Below, one piece after another: positions 1 through 8,836 of a stretch of 29,468 bases of DNA. The stretch is from a virus (lineage: Duplodnaviria; Caudoviricetes). The notes under the pieces are model-generated. The model did not search any database and was not told where the DNA came from. It was given only the letters and a program-made list of their open reading frames with translations. The position numbers were made by a program, and so were the translations under genes. The stretch spans positions 1 through 29,468 of the IMG/VR virus record IMGVR_UViG_3300011339_000926; one strand, 5' to 3'. Every line of letters starts with the position of its first letter. The first letter of the stretch is position 1.

Positions 1-1217
1 TCATTTACAATTAAGGCATATCCAGAAGTTGGAGAAAAACTAATGTCTTGAACTCTAACTCTATTAGTGGAAGCCCCACTAATTGTTAAGCTACCTATAA
101 TTTTTAAAGGAGAAGAATCTGTGTTATTATACACAGCTGGCATAATGTATAAATTTGAAACAGCATTATTTACTACAATATCTTCTACCATAGTAATATC
201 TTTTTTCAAATGAACTAAAATTGCCGTATTTCCACCAACATTTTGTAATTGAGCTGCATTTACGGCAGCCTGTATTGTTTTAAATGGCTTATAAGGAGAA
301 CCGTCTACAGTTACTCCAGTATAGTCATAGTTAACATGTAATTCGTGATAATAAATAGAAGCATCTAATTGACTTTGTATTGACGCAGAAGATGCGTCTA
401 CGTAAGTTTTTACCGCTTTTTGAGAAGGGTAAAGCGTATCTGAATTTCCAGCTAATGTTCCATCGATAGATTTATTAGATGTATTTTCTTTAGCGTTTAA
501 AGCTGTTTGTGTTGCAGATGAAATTGGTTTATTAACATCACTTGTATTGTCAACATTTCCAAGACCAATATCAGTCTTATCCAGAACAACCGCACCAACT
601 TTTGTATTGACAGAAGTAACTTCAGATGGAGATAATTCAATATAAGAAGGCGATAACCATCTGTATATTTTTTTTGTATCGTTTGCTACATAAATAACAC
701 CGACTGTTCCTACTGGAGGAAAAGCCGCTAAATTAGCATATGCTTGATAACCGCCACCACCACCGCCTCCAACTGCCGACAAATCTATAGAACCAGTTAA
801 AGGGTCTGTATTAAACAGAATAGTTTCATCTAGTGATGTAAGAGTCAATGTATTAAAATTATCTAAAGTTCCATCTGGGGTAACCACAGTTATCTTATTA
901 CTATCAAAACTACTAGCTACCAATCTAAAATCATATCCATTAGCAGGATCAAATACAGAACATATAACTTCTAATTCATCATAGGTAAAAACTTCAACTA
1001 AATCATTTACATTACCAGTAAAGGTAGCTAAAGTATTCCATGTTTGTTGATTATTTATTCTACCTCTTACCAGAACTTCATTAGAGGCTCCAGCTCCAGT
1101 AATAACAAATCTAACCTTACCTTCATCTTTAACGACACCAATCCCTAAAGAACCCGGTTCAGTTACAATTTCATTTAAACCATAAATTAAATCAGTTTGG
1201 TAACGTATATTACTCAT
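1..1217 (-). CDS. Tail fibre/spike protein, N-terminal part, truncated by the window edge (not in ORF track)
   Basis: The ATG at 1217 overlaps the TAA of the Dps gene (TAATG). Manual translation from MSNIRYQTDLIYG stays open to the edge. It contains the fibre motifs GLGNVDNTSDVNKPISSATQTAL and YPSQKAVKTYVD, plus DGSPYKPFKTIQAAVNAA, typical of the start of a beta-helix domain. Confidence 0.8.
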   Translation of the reverse strand, partial: MSNIRYQTDLIYGLNEIVTEPGSLGIGVVKDEGKVRFVITGAGASNEVLVRGRINNQQTWNTLATFTGNVNDLVEVFTYDELEVICSVFDPANGYDFRLVASSFDSNKITVVTPDGTLDNFNTLTLTSLDETILFNTDPLTGSIDLSAVGGGGGGGYQAYANLAAFPPVGTVGVIYVANDTKKIYRWLSPSYIELSPSEVTSVNTKVGAVVLDKTDIGLGNVDNTSDVNKPISSATQTALNAKENTSNKSIDGTLAGNSDTLYPSQKAVKTYVDASSASIQSQLDASIYYHELHVNYDYTGVTVDGSPYKPFKTIQAAVNAAQLQNVGGNTAILVHLKKDITMVEDIVVNNAVSNLYIMPAVYNNTDSSPLKIIGSLTISGASTNRVRVQDISFSPTSGYALIVN

Positions 1218-1636
1218 TATTTTAATCTTCTAGAAATTTTATATTTTAATACTTCAATTTCATCAGCAATTCCACCAACTAATTGTTTAGTGCCTTCTGA
1301 TAATTGTCCAGATTTACATAGAGAATCAATTAATTTACAAGCTTCTTCTAATTGAGAAAGAGAAAATACAAAAAATTCTTTATTTTCTTTAACTCCAACA
1401 GACGGAGCAGAAGCTAATTTTTGAGATACTGCAGACATTAATGGTTGTAGTTTAAGCTGTTCTTCTTGTCCAAGTCCAATCATTCTTTCTGCGATTGAAT
1501 CGTAGTAACCTTCAGCTTTTCCATATAATTCTCCAAAAAATTCATGATCTTGGAAGAATACAGTTCTGGCACAATGATTATGAGCAGAATGAGAAGCTAA
1601 TTGTAATGCTCGAAATAAAATTGCTAATTGTAACAT
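1217..1636 (-). CDS. dps: Dps/ferritin-like protein
   Basis: HSAHNH...FFQDHEFFGELY...YDSIAERMIGLG matches the Dps ferroxidase pattern (H...H..F.E.Y...D.IAER...LG). At 139 aa it fits a four-helix bundle. Confidence 0.75.
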   Translation of the reverse strand: MLQLAILFRALQLASHSAHNHCARTVFFQDHEFFGELYGKAEGYYDSIAERMIGLGQEEQLKLQPLMSAVSQKLASAPSVGVKENKEFFVFSLSQLEEACKLIDSLCKSGQLSEGTKQLVGGIADEIEVLKYKISRRLK

Positions 1637-1639
1637 ACA

Positions 1640-1909
1640 CTATCCTTTTTTACTAGTTAATGATTTTTTTAATCTTTTAAATCTAACTTTACTATATTGT
1701 CTACCTTCTCTAGTAGCTTTATTTTTATCTGCTATAGCTCTTTTCTTTTCAGATGAACTAAGCTCTCCCCAACTTTTTGGAGTTTCTGAAGAAATGCGTT
1801 TTGAAGGTCTACATTTAGCATCATCTTTACCTTCGTCTGAACCACATTCTACATATTTATTTTTAACTTTTTTTGTCCACTTTTCTTTAAACCAACGATC
1901 AAGGCTCAT
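1640..1909 (-). CDS. Small basic viral protein with LxRWFKEKW motif (DUF5872-like, second half)
   Basis: LDRWFKEKW...ECG...KCRPSKRISSETPKSWGELS is a pattern I recall from conserved viral proteins. It has a 4-nt overlap with the upstream ORF. Confidence 0.6.
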   Translation of the reverse strand: MSLDRWFKEKWTKKVKNKYVECGSDEGKDDAKCRPSKRISSETPKSWGELSSSEKKRAIADKNKATREGRQYSKVRFKRLKKSLTSKKG

Positions 1910-2094
1910 CTATAACCTCCGCCTCGGCTTTTATAAGTCTTTACAATCCAAGCAGATGCATACGCGCTAGGATAATCATCTTTAAATTTAGCCTTAGCTT
2001 CGCTTTTTACACGAGAGTAAAGCTTTTGATTATTAGGAACAGATCCACTAGATGTTTTACCTTGTATAGTTTTCTTTAATTTTTGAAATGTCAT
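1906..2094 (-). CDS. Small basic viral protein with YPSAYAS motif (DUF5872-like, first half)
   Basis: LYSRVKSEAKAKF..YPSAYASAWIVKTYKSRGGGY, recalled as a conserved viral family. Confidence 0.6.
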   Translation of the reverse strand: MTFQKLKKTIQGKTSSGSVPNNQKLYSRVKSEAKAKFKDDYPSAYASAWIVKTYKSRGGGYR

Positions 2095-2103
2095 AACAAA
2101 TTC

Positions 2104-2541
2104 CTATCTAGTAAACTCATTTATTATTAATTCACCATTGTTACAATCTATTAAAATCTCGTAACCTTTATAAACCGCCGGACTAACAACTCCATCTTTA
2201 GCCATTCTATAAATCGCAGGGAATATCTCATCCCCATACTCTCCATATACTGGATATTTTGCTAAAACTTTAACCGGACCTCTAACTTCCGGTTTAATAC
2301 ATATTTTTTCTACTTTATAAGGGACTAGCTCATCACTGGGAAGTAAATCTAAGTTCTGAGCTGCCCATTCTTCGTTAACTTTAAACAAACTAATAACTTC
2401 ATTATATACAACAAAACTTTTTTCGTCAATAATGAAGGGCTTAATTTTATCAGTAATCTGATTAATACTAAGCCACTTAATTACTTTATCAAACTCATGC
2501 ACTTGCTCAATGTCGCCTTGACGAACTATAAGCTTGTGCAT
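2104..2541 (-). CDS. Hypothetical protein (fibre-associated by position)
   Basis: 145-aa ORF tightly packed in the operon; no recognised motif. Confidence 0.6.
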   Translation of the reverse strand: MHKLIVRQGDIEQVHEFDKVIKWLSINQITDKIKPFIIDEKSFVVYNEVISLFKVNEEWAAQNLDLLPSDELVPYKVEKICIKPEVRGPVKVLAKYPVYGEYGDEIFPAIYRMAKDGVVSPAVYKGYEILIDCNNGELIINEFTR

Positions 2542-2551
2542 GAATTAATTC

Positions 2552-2851
2552 CTATTCTATAACTTGCTGAGAATCTAATAAAGCTTTTAGCTCCTCCAAA
2601 CTTGGACATGGGATATTTTTAAATCTCCAGCCAGATTGGTCGCCAGCTTCTAACAAAGCAGGATTCCAGTTATCTCCAGAATCTAAAAGCTCTTGTTTGT
2701 CTTTTAAAAACAAGTCAATGGCTAAAGCAATGTCCGAAAGCTTTGGAAGCTCAGGCATTGGTTCTACAGCAATTTCTTCGGCTTGTGCCGGAATTTCTTC
2801 CGGCAAAACCTCAAATTCAACTTCTACGTCTGATTTAATTTCTTCTGACAT
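2552..2851 (-). CDS. Acidic protein, possible XkdW-like tail fibre accessory
   Basis: Lies directly after the large fibre gene with SD GAGG. The C-terminal W...PCPSLEELKA resembles the XkdW-type W...P.PT..EL pattern. Confidence 0.45.
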   Translation of the reverse strand: MSEEIKSDVEVEFEVLPEEIPAQAEEIAVEPMPELPKLSDIALAIDLFLKDKQELLDSGDNWNPALLEAGDQSGWRFKNIPCPSLEELKALLDSQQVIE

Positions 2852-2859
2852 ACTAACCT

Positions 2860-5800
2860 CTACTTAATTTTTTGAATTTTCAAAATGGAGTAAACTTCGT
2901 TGTCACCAAAAGTTGCATTAGTTCCAAAACCATTGACTGCTTTTGTACTAGCAACTCTATGTTGAATCTCAAAAACTGTTGACGATGTTATAACAACAGA
3001 TCCTTTTATAGAAGATTTAGTGCCCGTTGTTGATGCAGTATTAGAGTATTCCGAAGTTCCCATTAAGCTATCAGAAGAATTAGTTATATTTCTTATTTTT
3101 GCTTTATGTTCAAGTACTCCAAAAGCAGAAGCTTCTGCCTCAATATAATATTCCCCAGCAGGTAGCGTAAACTGGTTACTAGCCAAGCTTGTAACAATAC
3201 CAGTTGGATCGCTAAGTGTGTTCAAAGTTCTTGTTTGGTAAGAACCAGAAGTTGCTGTACCGCCAGCAGTTCCACTTGCTTTTACATCGCTAAGCGTTGC
3301 AATTCTCGGCAACAATACATTAAGACCAGTCAACGCTGGATTTTTGCTTGCGTTAATTACGAGGTAGCCTGATGATTGAGTAGAAAGATCGCTGAAAGAG
3401 AAAAAATTACTATTAGATGTTGTAACTTTTTGTTCTCCAGAATCTATATATAATATACCAGTTACTTCATTGTATGCTTTGTAAGCAATACCAGATAAAG
3501 AACCTGTATTAAATTGTACTGCATCAACACTACCTTCTATTGATTTTCCAACACTCTTATACAAGTTCTTAGAAACACCCTTTAATCCTTTACCAATTTG
3601 TATTGCAATTGCTGCTGGATTTCCTGCTGTACTAGCTGCATTATACGCTCTAGTATAAATCAGCATTCCATTCACATTCATATCAGCGTCAGTCTGGGTC
3701 GGTCTTGTCGTTGTCTGAGTTCTTGTGTTTGTATTCGCTGCGTAAGTGAATGTAATGTAAGTTCCAACAGGTGCATTTTGCAACGTGCTAAGTGTGTAAG
3801 CTGCAGAAGATGCATAGCTTAGAGAAGCTGTGTCTGTGCTGAAGCTTTCTGGAGCTGTTAGGATTTGATCGGAGAGTGCTGTAGCTAATACAGATATTCT
3901 TGTAGTATTAGAAGATCCTCCTGCTGTAAATATATAAAAAGTACTTCCCGCTTGAATAGTTTGATTCAAACTAACAGTAGAAGCTCTATTAAGTATGGCT
4001 TCAGTATTAGAAAAATTAGTACTAACTCCATTTATATTTATTAGTACTTGTACAGTAGCTGCTGCGGCGGCAGAAACACTTGCTGAAATAGATACATCTG
4101 CATTTTTAAGCATTGTATAAATTCCAGTGCTAGGATTATAACTAAAAATACCATTGTTGGTATTTGATTGTAGTGCTCCTATAATTGTACCAGCTGCTAA
4201 TGTAGCAGAAGAACTAAAGTAACTACTCTGACTATCAGGCTGTGGCACATTAACAAACGGAGTTACATCCACTCCAGTTACGTTAGGCTTACCAACTTTG
4301 GAGATAAGAACTTGTGCTAAAGATGATGCAGAAGACATGTTTGCAGCAGGAGTTGCGATTAATTGAATAATATCTCCTCTATTCAAATATGGCTGAGCTG
4401 TTGCTGTTATTGATCCAGTAGCAAGCGGAATTGTGGCTTGTGAAATAATAACGCTGTTTATAAGTATTTGAAGAGATGGAGTACTAGAAGAAGATTGATC
4501 TGTATAAGAAATGTTATAAACACCAGCAGATTGTACAGTAAATGATGCTCCCGCTGTAGCTGAATCGGCGTATAAAATATCTGTGCCAACGTTGCTAGTT
4601 ACTGAAGCAAATCTACGTACGGTCGTAGCTGATGAACCAAATCCATTCCCAGTAGCTACTCTAACATAGCTATCGCTTTCAGAAAACTGGGGCAGTGTGT
4701 TGGTTACTGAAACGGAAATGTCTTGCTCTTGGAAGGAGAGGTTTAGGGATTGTGATAAATCGTTTGTAGGGTTAGCACCAGCAGAAACTCTAATTATATC
4801 CCCAACTGATACAAATCCTGACCACGACATATTTTCGTAAGAAGTTGAAGCATCTGTTATTGCAAAAGCTAAAACTTCACTAGCAATTGTTGCAACTGCT
4901 GTTAAATTAGCTTGATTTTTACTAATTGAAAAATAAGTAGCTGCTGCACTTTGTCTTACGTTTGCACTCACATCTAACTTACCAGCTTTCTTCATCGTAA
5001 TTCTTGTACCAAGAACGCTGTCGCTTTCTACAGTAAAAGCATCGCCACGAAGCTTAGCCATTGTGTCAAACTTAACAATTGCTGTTGCTGTTGAGCCTCT
5101 GCTTGACGCACCTTCAAAGCGTAGCTCAGAGGTTGGAATAGTGATTTTTTGGTCGGAAGAGACAGACACTTGTTTGAGGGAGGATTGTTGAGTAACTTGT
5201 AAAGTGTGTGCTGTCGAGTTAGCTAATGTACCATTATTATCCACTAATCTAAATGAAATTACATCTCCAGAAGATAATGATAAACTTAAACTATATGAGT
5301 GCGTTGAAATTAAAGCACCAACTCCAGTAGAAACTAGATTTCCATTTTTAAATAAACCTAATCTAGTACTGACGTTTGCTGATGTTGTAACTGTTGCGCT
5401 AAAATCAAATACTCCCGCTTTTAAAATAGTGATTTGGCTACCATTAAAAGAAAAGGCATCTCCAATAGAAGATTGAATATTAGCAAATGGAATATTTGTA
5501 ACAGATGCAGTAATAGCTTGTCCAGCATTTCCACTAACAAATAAATAGCTATCACCTTCCTGCACCAACCCACTCTGCGTCAATGGAATTGTCTTCGTGC
5601 TTGTTGCGCTTAAACCTGCGCAAGGAACGGAAGCGAAGAATGATAGAGTATCTCCCGTAGCCAATAAATTGATACCTTGAGCTTTAGTTAATTCATTACT
5701 AGTGGATGTTTGAGTACCTACTGTCATATAAGAAACAGACGGCTCAATTAAAATTGCTTTTCCAAAATAAGTAGCCGCTGATCCTGAATGTCCTGCTTTA

Positions 5801-6666
5801 CCAACCATTTGCAAACTTGGAATTAAGCTTGTGCCAGCAGAAGTTAATCCACCCGGAAGTCCAATTCTGGCTTCAACCGCAGTTGGAGCCCCTGAAGTAA
5901 ACTTACCACGAATCTCAACGTTTTCTCCAACTTGTCTCCATTCAAACTCTACGTTAGAAGGAGTTCCAAAACCTTGAAATGTTGGAGTATAACCTTGCCA
6001 CGCTGTAAGATTTGGCACAAGAACAGAAGTTTCAAGCAATGAAACGTCAGAAAGCATTGCAACAATGTCGTCGATGCGAGTAACTGGAGAACCAGCTTCT
6101 GGCAACGCTGTAATTGTGTAAGATAAGCTTGAGCAAGTAGAAGGAATTGTAAAGCTAACTGAGCTTCTTCTTCCAGAAACGTCGTTAGAAAGTTGTAACG
6201 CTTCAGAAACAATTAAGTCAGAAGAGTTTGACTCGTCTCTAACTTTAATTACTACGTTACCAGCGGAAGCGGCTGATTTAACGTTTAAATCAAGAACCAT
6301 TGCCTGACCGCGGAATTTCGGGTCAACTGGAATAACTTGCTTAAAAGACTGGTTAACAGCAGCTTGGTGCGTTAAAACAGCAGAAACTTTACCGTGTAAT
6401 GGATTTGTTGTTGAAAGCGATAAACCAGTTTGTGTAAAGCTTGATAAGCTTGCTGATTCAAAGTCTTGGACAAACATAATATCGACGCTACCAACGCCGC
6501 CAGAGCCAACTTCAACCCATGAAGCAGACGCAGCGTCATAACGCTTAATTTTATTACTGTCATTAATGTCACAGGCGATTTCACCCGCTTCTGGGCTAAC
6601 TAACGTGGATAAATCCTTTGGCGTTAGTACTGCCGAGTTTTTAATTTTAAATGAATTCGTACTCAT
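2860..6666 (-). CDS. Large multi-domain tail fibre/receptor-binding protein (~1268 aa)
   Basis: S/T/A/G-rich with repeated beta-sandwich strand motifs (ITILKAGVF, ITMKKAGKL, FTVQSAGVY, YTMLKNADV, FTLPAGEY). Start moved from GTG 6699 to ATG 6666, which has SD AAGGAAG. Confidence 0.75.
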   Translation of the reverse strand: MSTNSFKIKNSAVLTPKDLSTLVSPEAGEIACDINDSNKIKRYDAASASWVEVGSGGVGSVDIMFVQDFESASLSSFTQTGLSLSTTNPLHGKVSAVLTHQAAVNQSFKQVIPVDPKFRGQAMVLDLNVKSAASAGNVVIKVRDESNSSDLIVSEALQLSNDVSGRRSSVSFTIPSTCSSLSYTITALPEAGSPVTRIDDIVAMLSDVSLLETSVLVPNLTAWQGYTPTFQGFGTPSNVEFEWRQVGENVEIRGKFTSGAPTAVEARIGLPGGLTSAGTSLIPSLQMVGKAGHSGSAATYFGKAILIEPSVSYMTVGTQTSTSNELTKAQGINLLATGDTLSFFASVPCAGLSATSTKTIPLTQSGLVQEGDSYLFVSGNAGQAITASVTNIPFANIQSSIGDAFSFNGSQITILKAGVFDFSATVTTSANVSTRLGLFKNGNLVSTGVGALISTHSYSLSLSLSSGDVISFRLVDNNGTLANSTAHTLQVTQQSSLKQVSVSSDQKITIPTSELRFEGASSRGSTATAIVKFDTMAKLRGDAFTVESDSVLGTRITMKKAGKLDVSANVRQSAAATYFSISKNQANLTAVATIASEVLAFAITDASTSYENMSWSGFVSVGDIIRVSAGANPTNDLSQSLNLSFQEQDISVSVTNTLPQFSESDSYVRVATGNGFGSSATTVRRFASVTSNVGTDILYADSATAGASFTVQSAGVYNISYTDQSSSSTPSLQILINSVIISQATIPLATGSITATAQPYLNRGDIIQLIATPAANMSSASSLAQVLISKVGKPNVTGVDVTPFVNVPQPDSQSSYFSSSATLAAGTIIGALQSNTNNGIFSYNPSTGIYTMLKNADVSISASVSAAAAATVQVLININGVSTNFSNTEAILNRASTVSLNQTIQAGSTFYIFTAGGSSNTTRISVLATALSDQILTAPESFSTDTASLSYASSAAYTLSTLQNAPVGTYITFTYAANTNTRTQTTTRPTQTDADMNVNGMLIYTRAYNAASTAGNPAAIAIQIGKGLKGVSKNLYKSVGKSIEGSVDAVQFNTGSLSGIAYKAYNEVTGILYIDSGEQKVTTSNSNFFSFSDLSTQSSGYLVINASKNPALTGLNVLLPRIATLSDVKASGTAGGTATSGSYQTRTLNTLSDPTGIVTSLASNQFTLPAGEYYIEAEASAFGVLEHKAKIRNITNSSDSLMGTSEYSNTASTTGTKSSIKGSVVITSSTVFEIQHRVASTKAVNGFGTNATFGDNEVYSILKIQKIK

Positions 6667-6687
6667 TTCTTTCCTTCCTTTTTCCAG

Positions 6688-6715
6688 ATTATATGACACG
6701 TACTATCAGTGTCAA
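6688..6715 (-). promoter_or_regulatory. sigma70-type promoter TTGACA-N16-TATAAT with overlapping palindrome TGACAC-N9-GTGTCA
   Basis: Minus strand reads TTGACA ctgatagtacgtgtca TATAAT. It is intergenic and ends ~21 nt before the ATG at 6666. Confidence 0.7.
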
Positions 6716-6722
6716 CTTAAAA

Positions 6723-8225
6723 TTATCCTGTTATTTGTCTTGCGTAAATAAATTTAATATAGCCGCTGTAATCTGCACCAGTTAAATTATTGCTTGTATA
6801 TTGTACTTGGTTAACATTCATTGAAAACTCAACCCCTGCATCTTGTCCTGAATAATTATCGCTCAAATACCAAGTTGAGGTATTAGCGTTATAAACAGCT
6901 CTAAGTTGTCCATATTGGATTCTAGAGTTTATGTCAGTAGCTCTCCAGATTAAATAATCAATTGTAAAACCACGATATAAAGTATCGTTAAGAATCATGC
7001 CAGTTATGTCTGTGGCAGAAGATTGATTGTTTGCAATTGTAGCCGAGTATTCGATATCTAGAGAGTTTCCTCCGACAATAACCCATTTACCGCCACTAAC
7101 ATCGCTGTAGCTTAATAAAATTGTTTGCTTGTCTAAAAGCGTAAAGTTTCCACCAGTGCCTGTGTAGATTTGTTGTGTTGCAGTTGCGCCTGTTTCGTTT
7201 AATAAGTCAATTGAATGCCCAGTTCTATTCGCTATCATTATAATTGTTGAGATAGCTGTAACACCAGAAATCATTTCAATGGATAATAAACCTGTATCAA
7301 CAAGCGTGAAATAAGCACCATTACCAACTGGAAGAACTGCGTTAGCCCCGGTAATTGAAACTTCTGCGTTTGTAAAATTAACCTTAGAAGCAATTTCTAA
7401 TCTAGGAGTTGTAATGGTAATCGTACTACCAACGTCTATGTGACTTCCTGCACTGGCAGTAGTTCCAACTTTACTACCGTCAAGGGTAAGTGTGTCAACT
7501 GTAAGCTTTGTAGCTCCAGTGATTTGACCCGCATCATCAATTTTAACTAAAGAGTTTTGGAGTAATTTACCCGTAGTTAAATCATATCTAGCAATAGCTT
7601 CGTCTGTGGCAGAAGCTGGACCTGTAACTTTATTTGAAGTTAAGCTGTCAATGTCACCTTGAATTTCTTGAAAAGCAGCTTGAACATCTGTAGCTGTTAG
7701 ATTTGTAATAGCTGGAGTAATGGCAATGGCAGAAGCGTTGTGCGCAGCAGAAGTGTCTGCAATATGATCTACAATTGCGGTGTTAATGTTTGATAATGCT
7801 GATTGTACGTTTGTCGCACCAGCAACAGCAGGTGATACTGTAATTTCTGAAGCCTCATTAACTGACCCAATTGCAGCATCTACATATGATTTTACTGCAA
7901 GTGCTGAAGGCAATTGAGCATCGGTGCTCGATGGAGTTATTCCTGTTCCTCCACCAGCGACTGATTTTACTAACGCACTAGGAGCTAAATCGGCAGTTTC
8001 TACATTAGAAAGAGAGTTGCCAGTTCCATTAGCATCAAATGTTTTATTTGTAAGAGTTGCAGAATGGGCTTCTGTAACTATTGCAGAATTAGAAGTTCCA
8101 TTATGATAATGCAGTTTATTAGCATTACTTGAGAGCACTTCCATATCTCCGGTTGAATCCGAAGTAGAAGATGCTTTTACAACCAACTTCAATCCATTCC
8201 ATATTTTTTTAAAGTTCAAAGCCAT
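6723..8225 (-). CDS. Virion structural protein (fibre/tail-like)
   Basis: Contains motifs common in phage fibre-like proteins: ATLTNKT, AVKSYVD, HNASAI...ATDVQAA, GPASATDEAIARYD.TTGKLLQNS. Confidence 0.65.
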   Translation of the reverse strand: MALNFKKIWNGLKLVVKASSTSDSTGDMEVLSSNANKLHYHNGTSNSAIVTEAHSATLTNKTFDANGTGNSLSNVETADLAPSALVKSVAGGGTGITPSSTDAQLPSALAVKSYVDAAIGSVNEASEITVSPAVAGATNVQSALSNINTAIVDHIADTSAAHNASAIAITPAITNLTATDVQAAFQEIQGDIDSLTSNKVTGPASATDEAIARYDLTTGKLLQNSLVKIDDAGQITGATKLTVDTLTLDGSKVGTTASAGSHIDVGSTITITTPRLEIASKVNFTNAEVSITGANAVLPVGNGAYFTLVDTGLLSIEMISGVTAISTIIMIANRTGHSIDLLNETGATATQQIYTGTGGNFTLLDKQTILLSYSDVSGGKWVIVGGNSLDIEYSATIANNQSSATDITGMILNDTLYRGFTIDYLIWRATDINSRIQYGQLRAVYNANTSTWYLSDNYSGQDAGVEFSMNVNQVQYTSNNLTGADYSGYIKFIYARQITG

Positions 8226-8237
8226 AATAAACCTATT

Positions 8238-8732
8238 TTAAGTATTAAGTATTGAAATTGCTCTATATGAAACAATCCCTGTATGATCATTACCTGTTAA
8301 TGCTGTTGTTGTAAATCTAATTTGACCTAAATCTGTTATATTAAAATCAATAAATCCATCTCCCCCACCAGTTCTAACTATTTCCCATTTAGAAGTTGCA
8401 GAACGAGAATCATTAAATGCTATTTCTAATGTCCCAGCTTCAGTAACTTCTTGAGCACCTATTCCGGTTGTTTTACGGAAAACAGAATAAAATATTGTAG
8501 CAGCGCGAACATCTGCCGGAGGAAAATTAAGATTAGCTAATTCAATGTTTGTACTTGAGTTATTTGCGTCGATATTTTGAGTTTGAGGAGCAACGTCGTA
8601 AGTTCCCGTAATAGCATTAACTGCATCCGTTAGAGCTTTAAATGCTTCAATAATAGCTGGTGACCAGTTTGGTGATGCACCAGAGGAAGGTATGTTTATT
8701 ACCGTCCCTTTAATTATAAGTTTAACCGACAT
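8238..8732 (-). CDS. Putative virion structural protein
   Basis: First gene after the capsid terminator, beta-rich, SD GGAG. Its C-terminus (GQIRFTTTALTG..HTGIVSY) resembles that of 6723-8225 (NQVQYTSNNLTG..YSGYIKF). Confidence 0.55.
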   Translation of the reverse strand: MSVKLIIKGTVINIPSSGASPNWSPAIIEAFKALTDAVNAITGTYDVAPQTQNIDANNSSTNIELANLNFPPADVRAATIFYSVFRKTTGIGAQEVTEAGTLEIAFNDSRSATSKWEIVRTGGGDGFIDFNITDLGQIRFTTTALTGNDHTGIVSYRAISILNT

Positions 8733-8758
8733 CTAAACTCCAGAGTATATACGTTTAT

Positions 8759-8767
8759 AGTTGTTAA
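8759..8767 (-). promoter_or_regulatory. TTAACAACT motif (putative late promoter)
   Basis: Exact copy, 26 nt upstream of the 8732 start and just downstream of a terminator. Confidence 0.6.
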
Positions 8768-8780
8768 TAATTAATGGGTT

Positions 8781-8812
8781 AAAATAAAAAAGCCCCACCA
8801 TAAGGCAGGGCT
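8781..8812 (-). terminator. Rho-independent terminator after major capsid gene
   Basis: AGCCCUGCC-UUAU-GGUGGGGCU stem followed by UUUUUAUUUU. Confidence 0.85.
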
Positions 8813-8836
8813 CGATAAATAGAATAAATCTATTAA

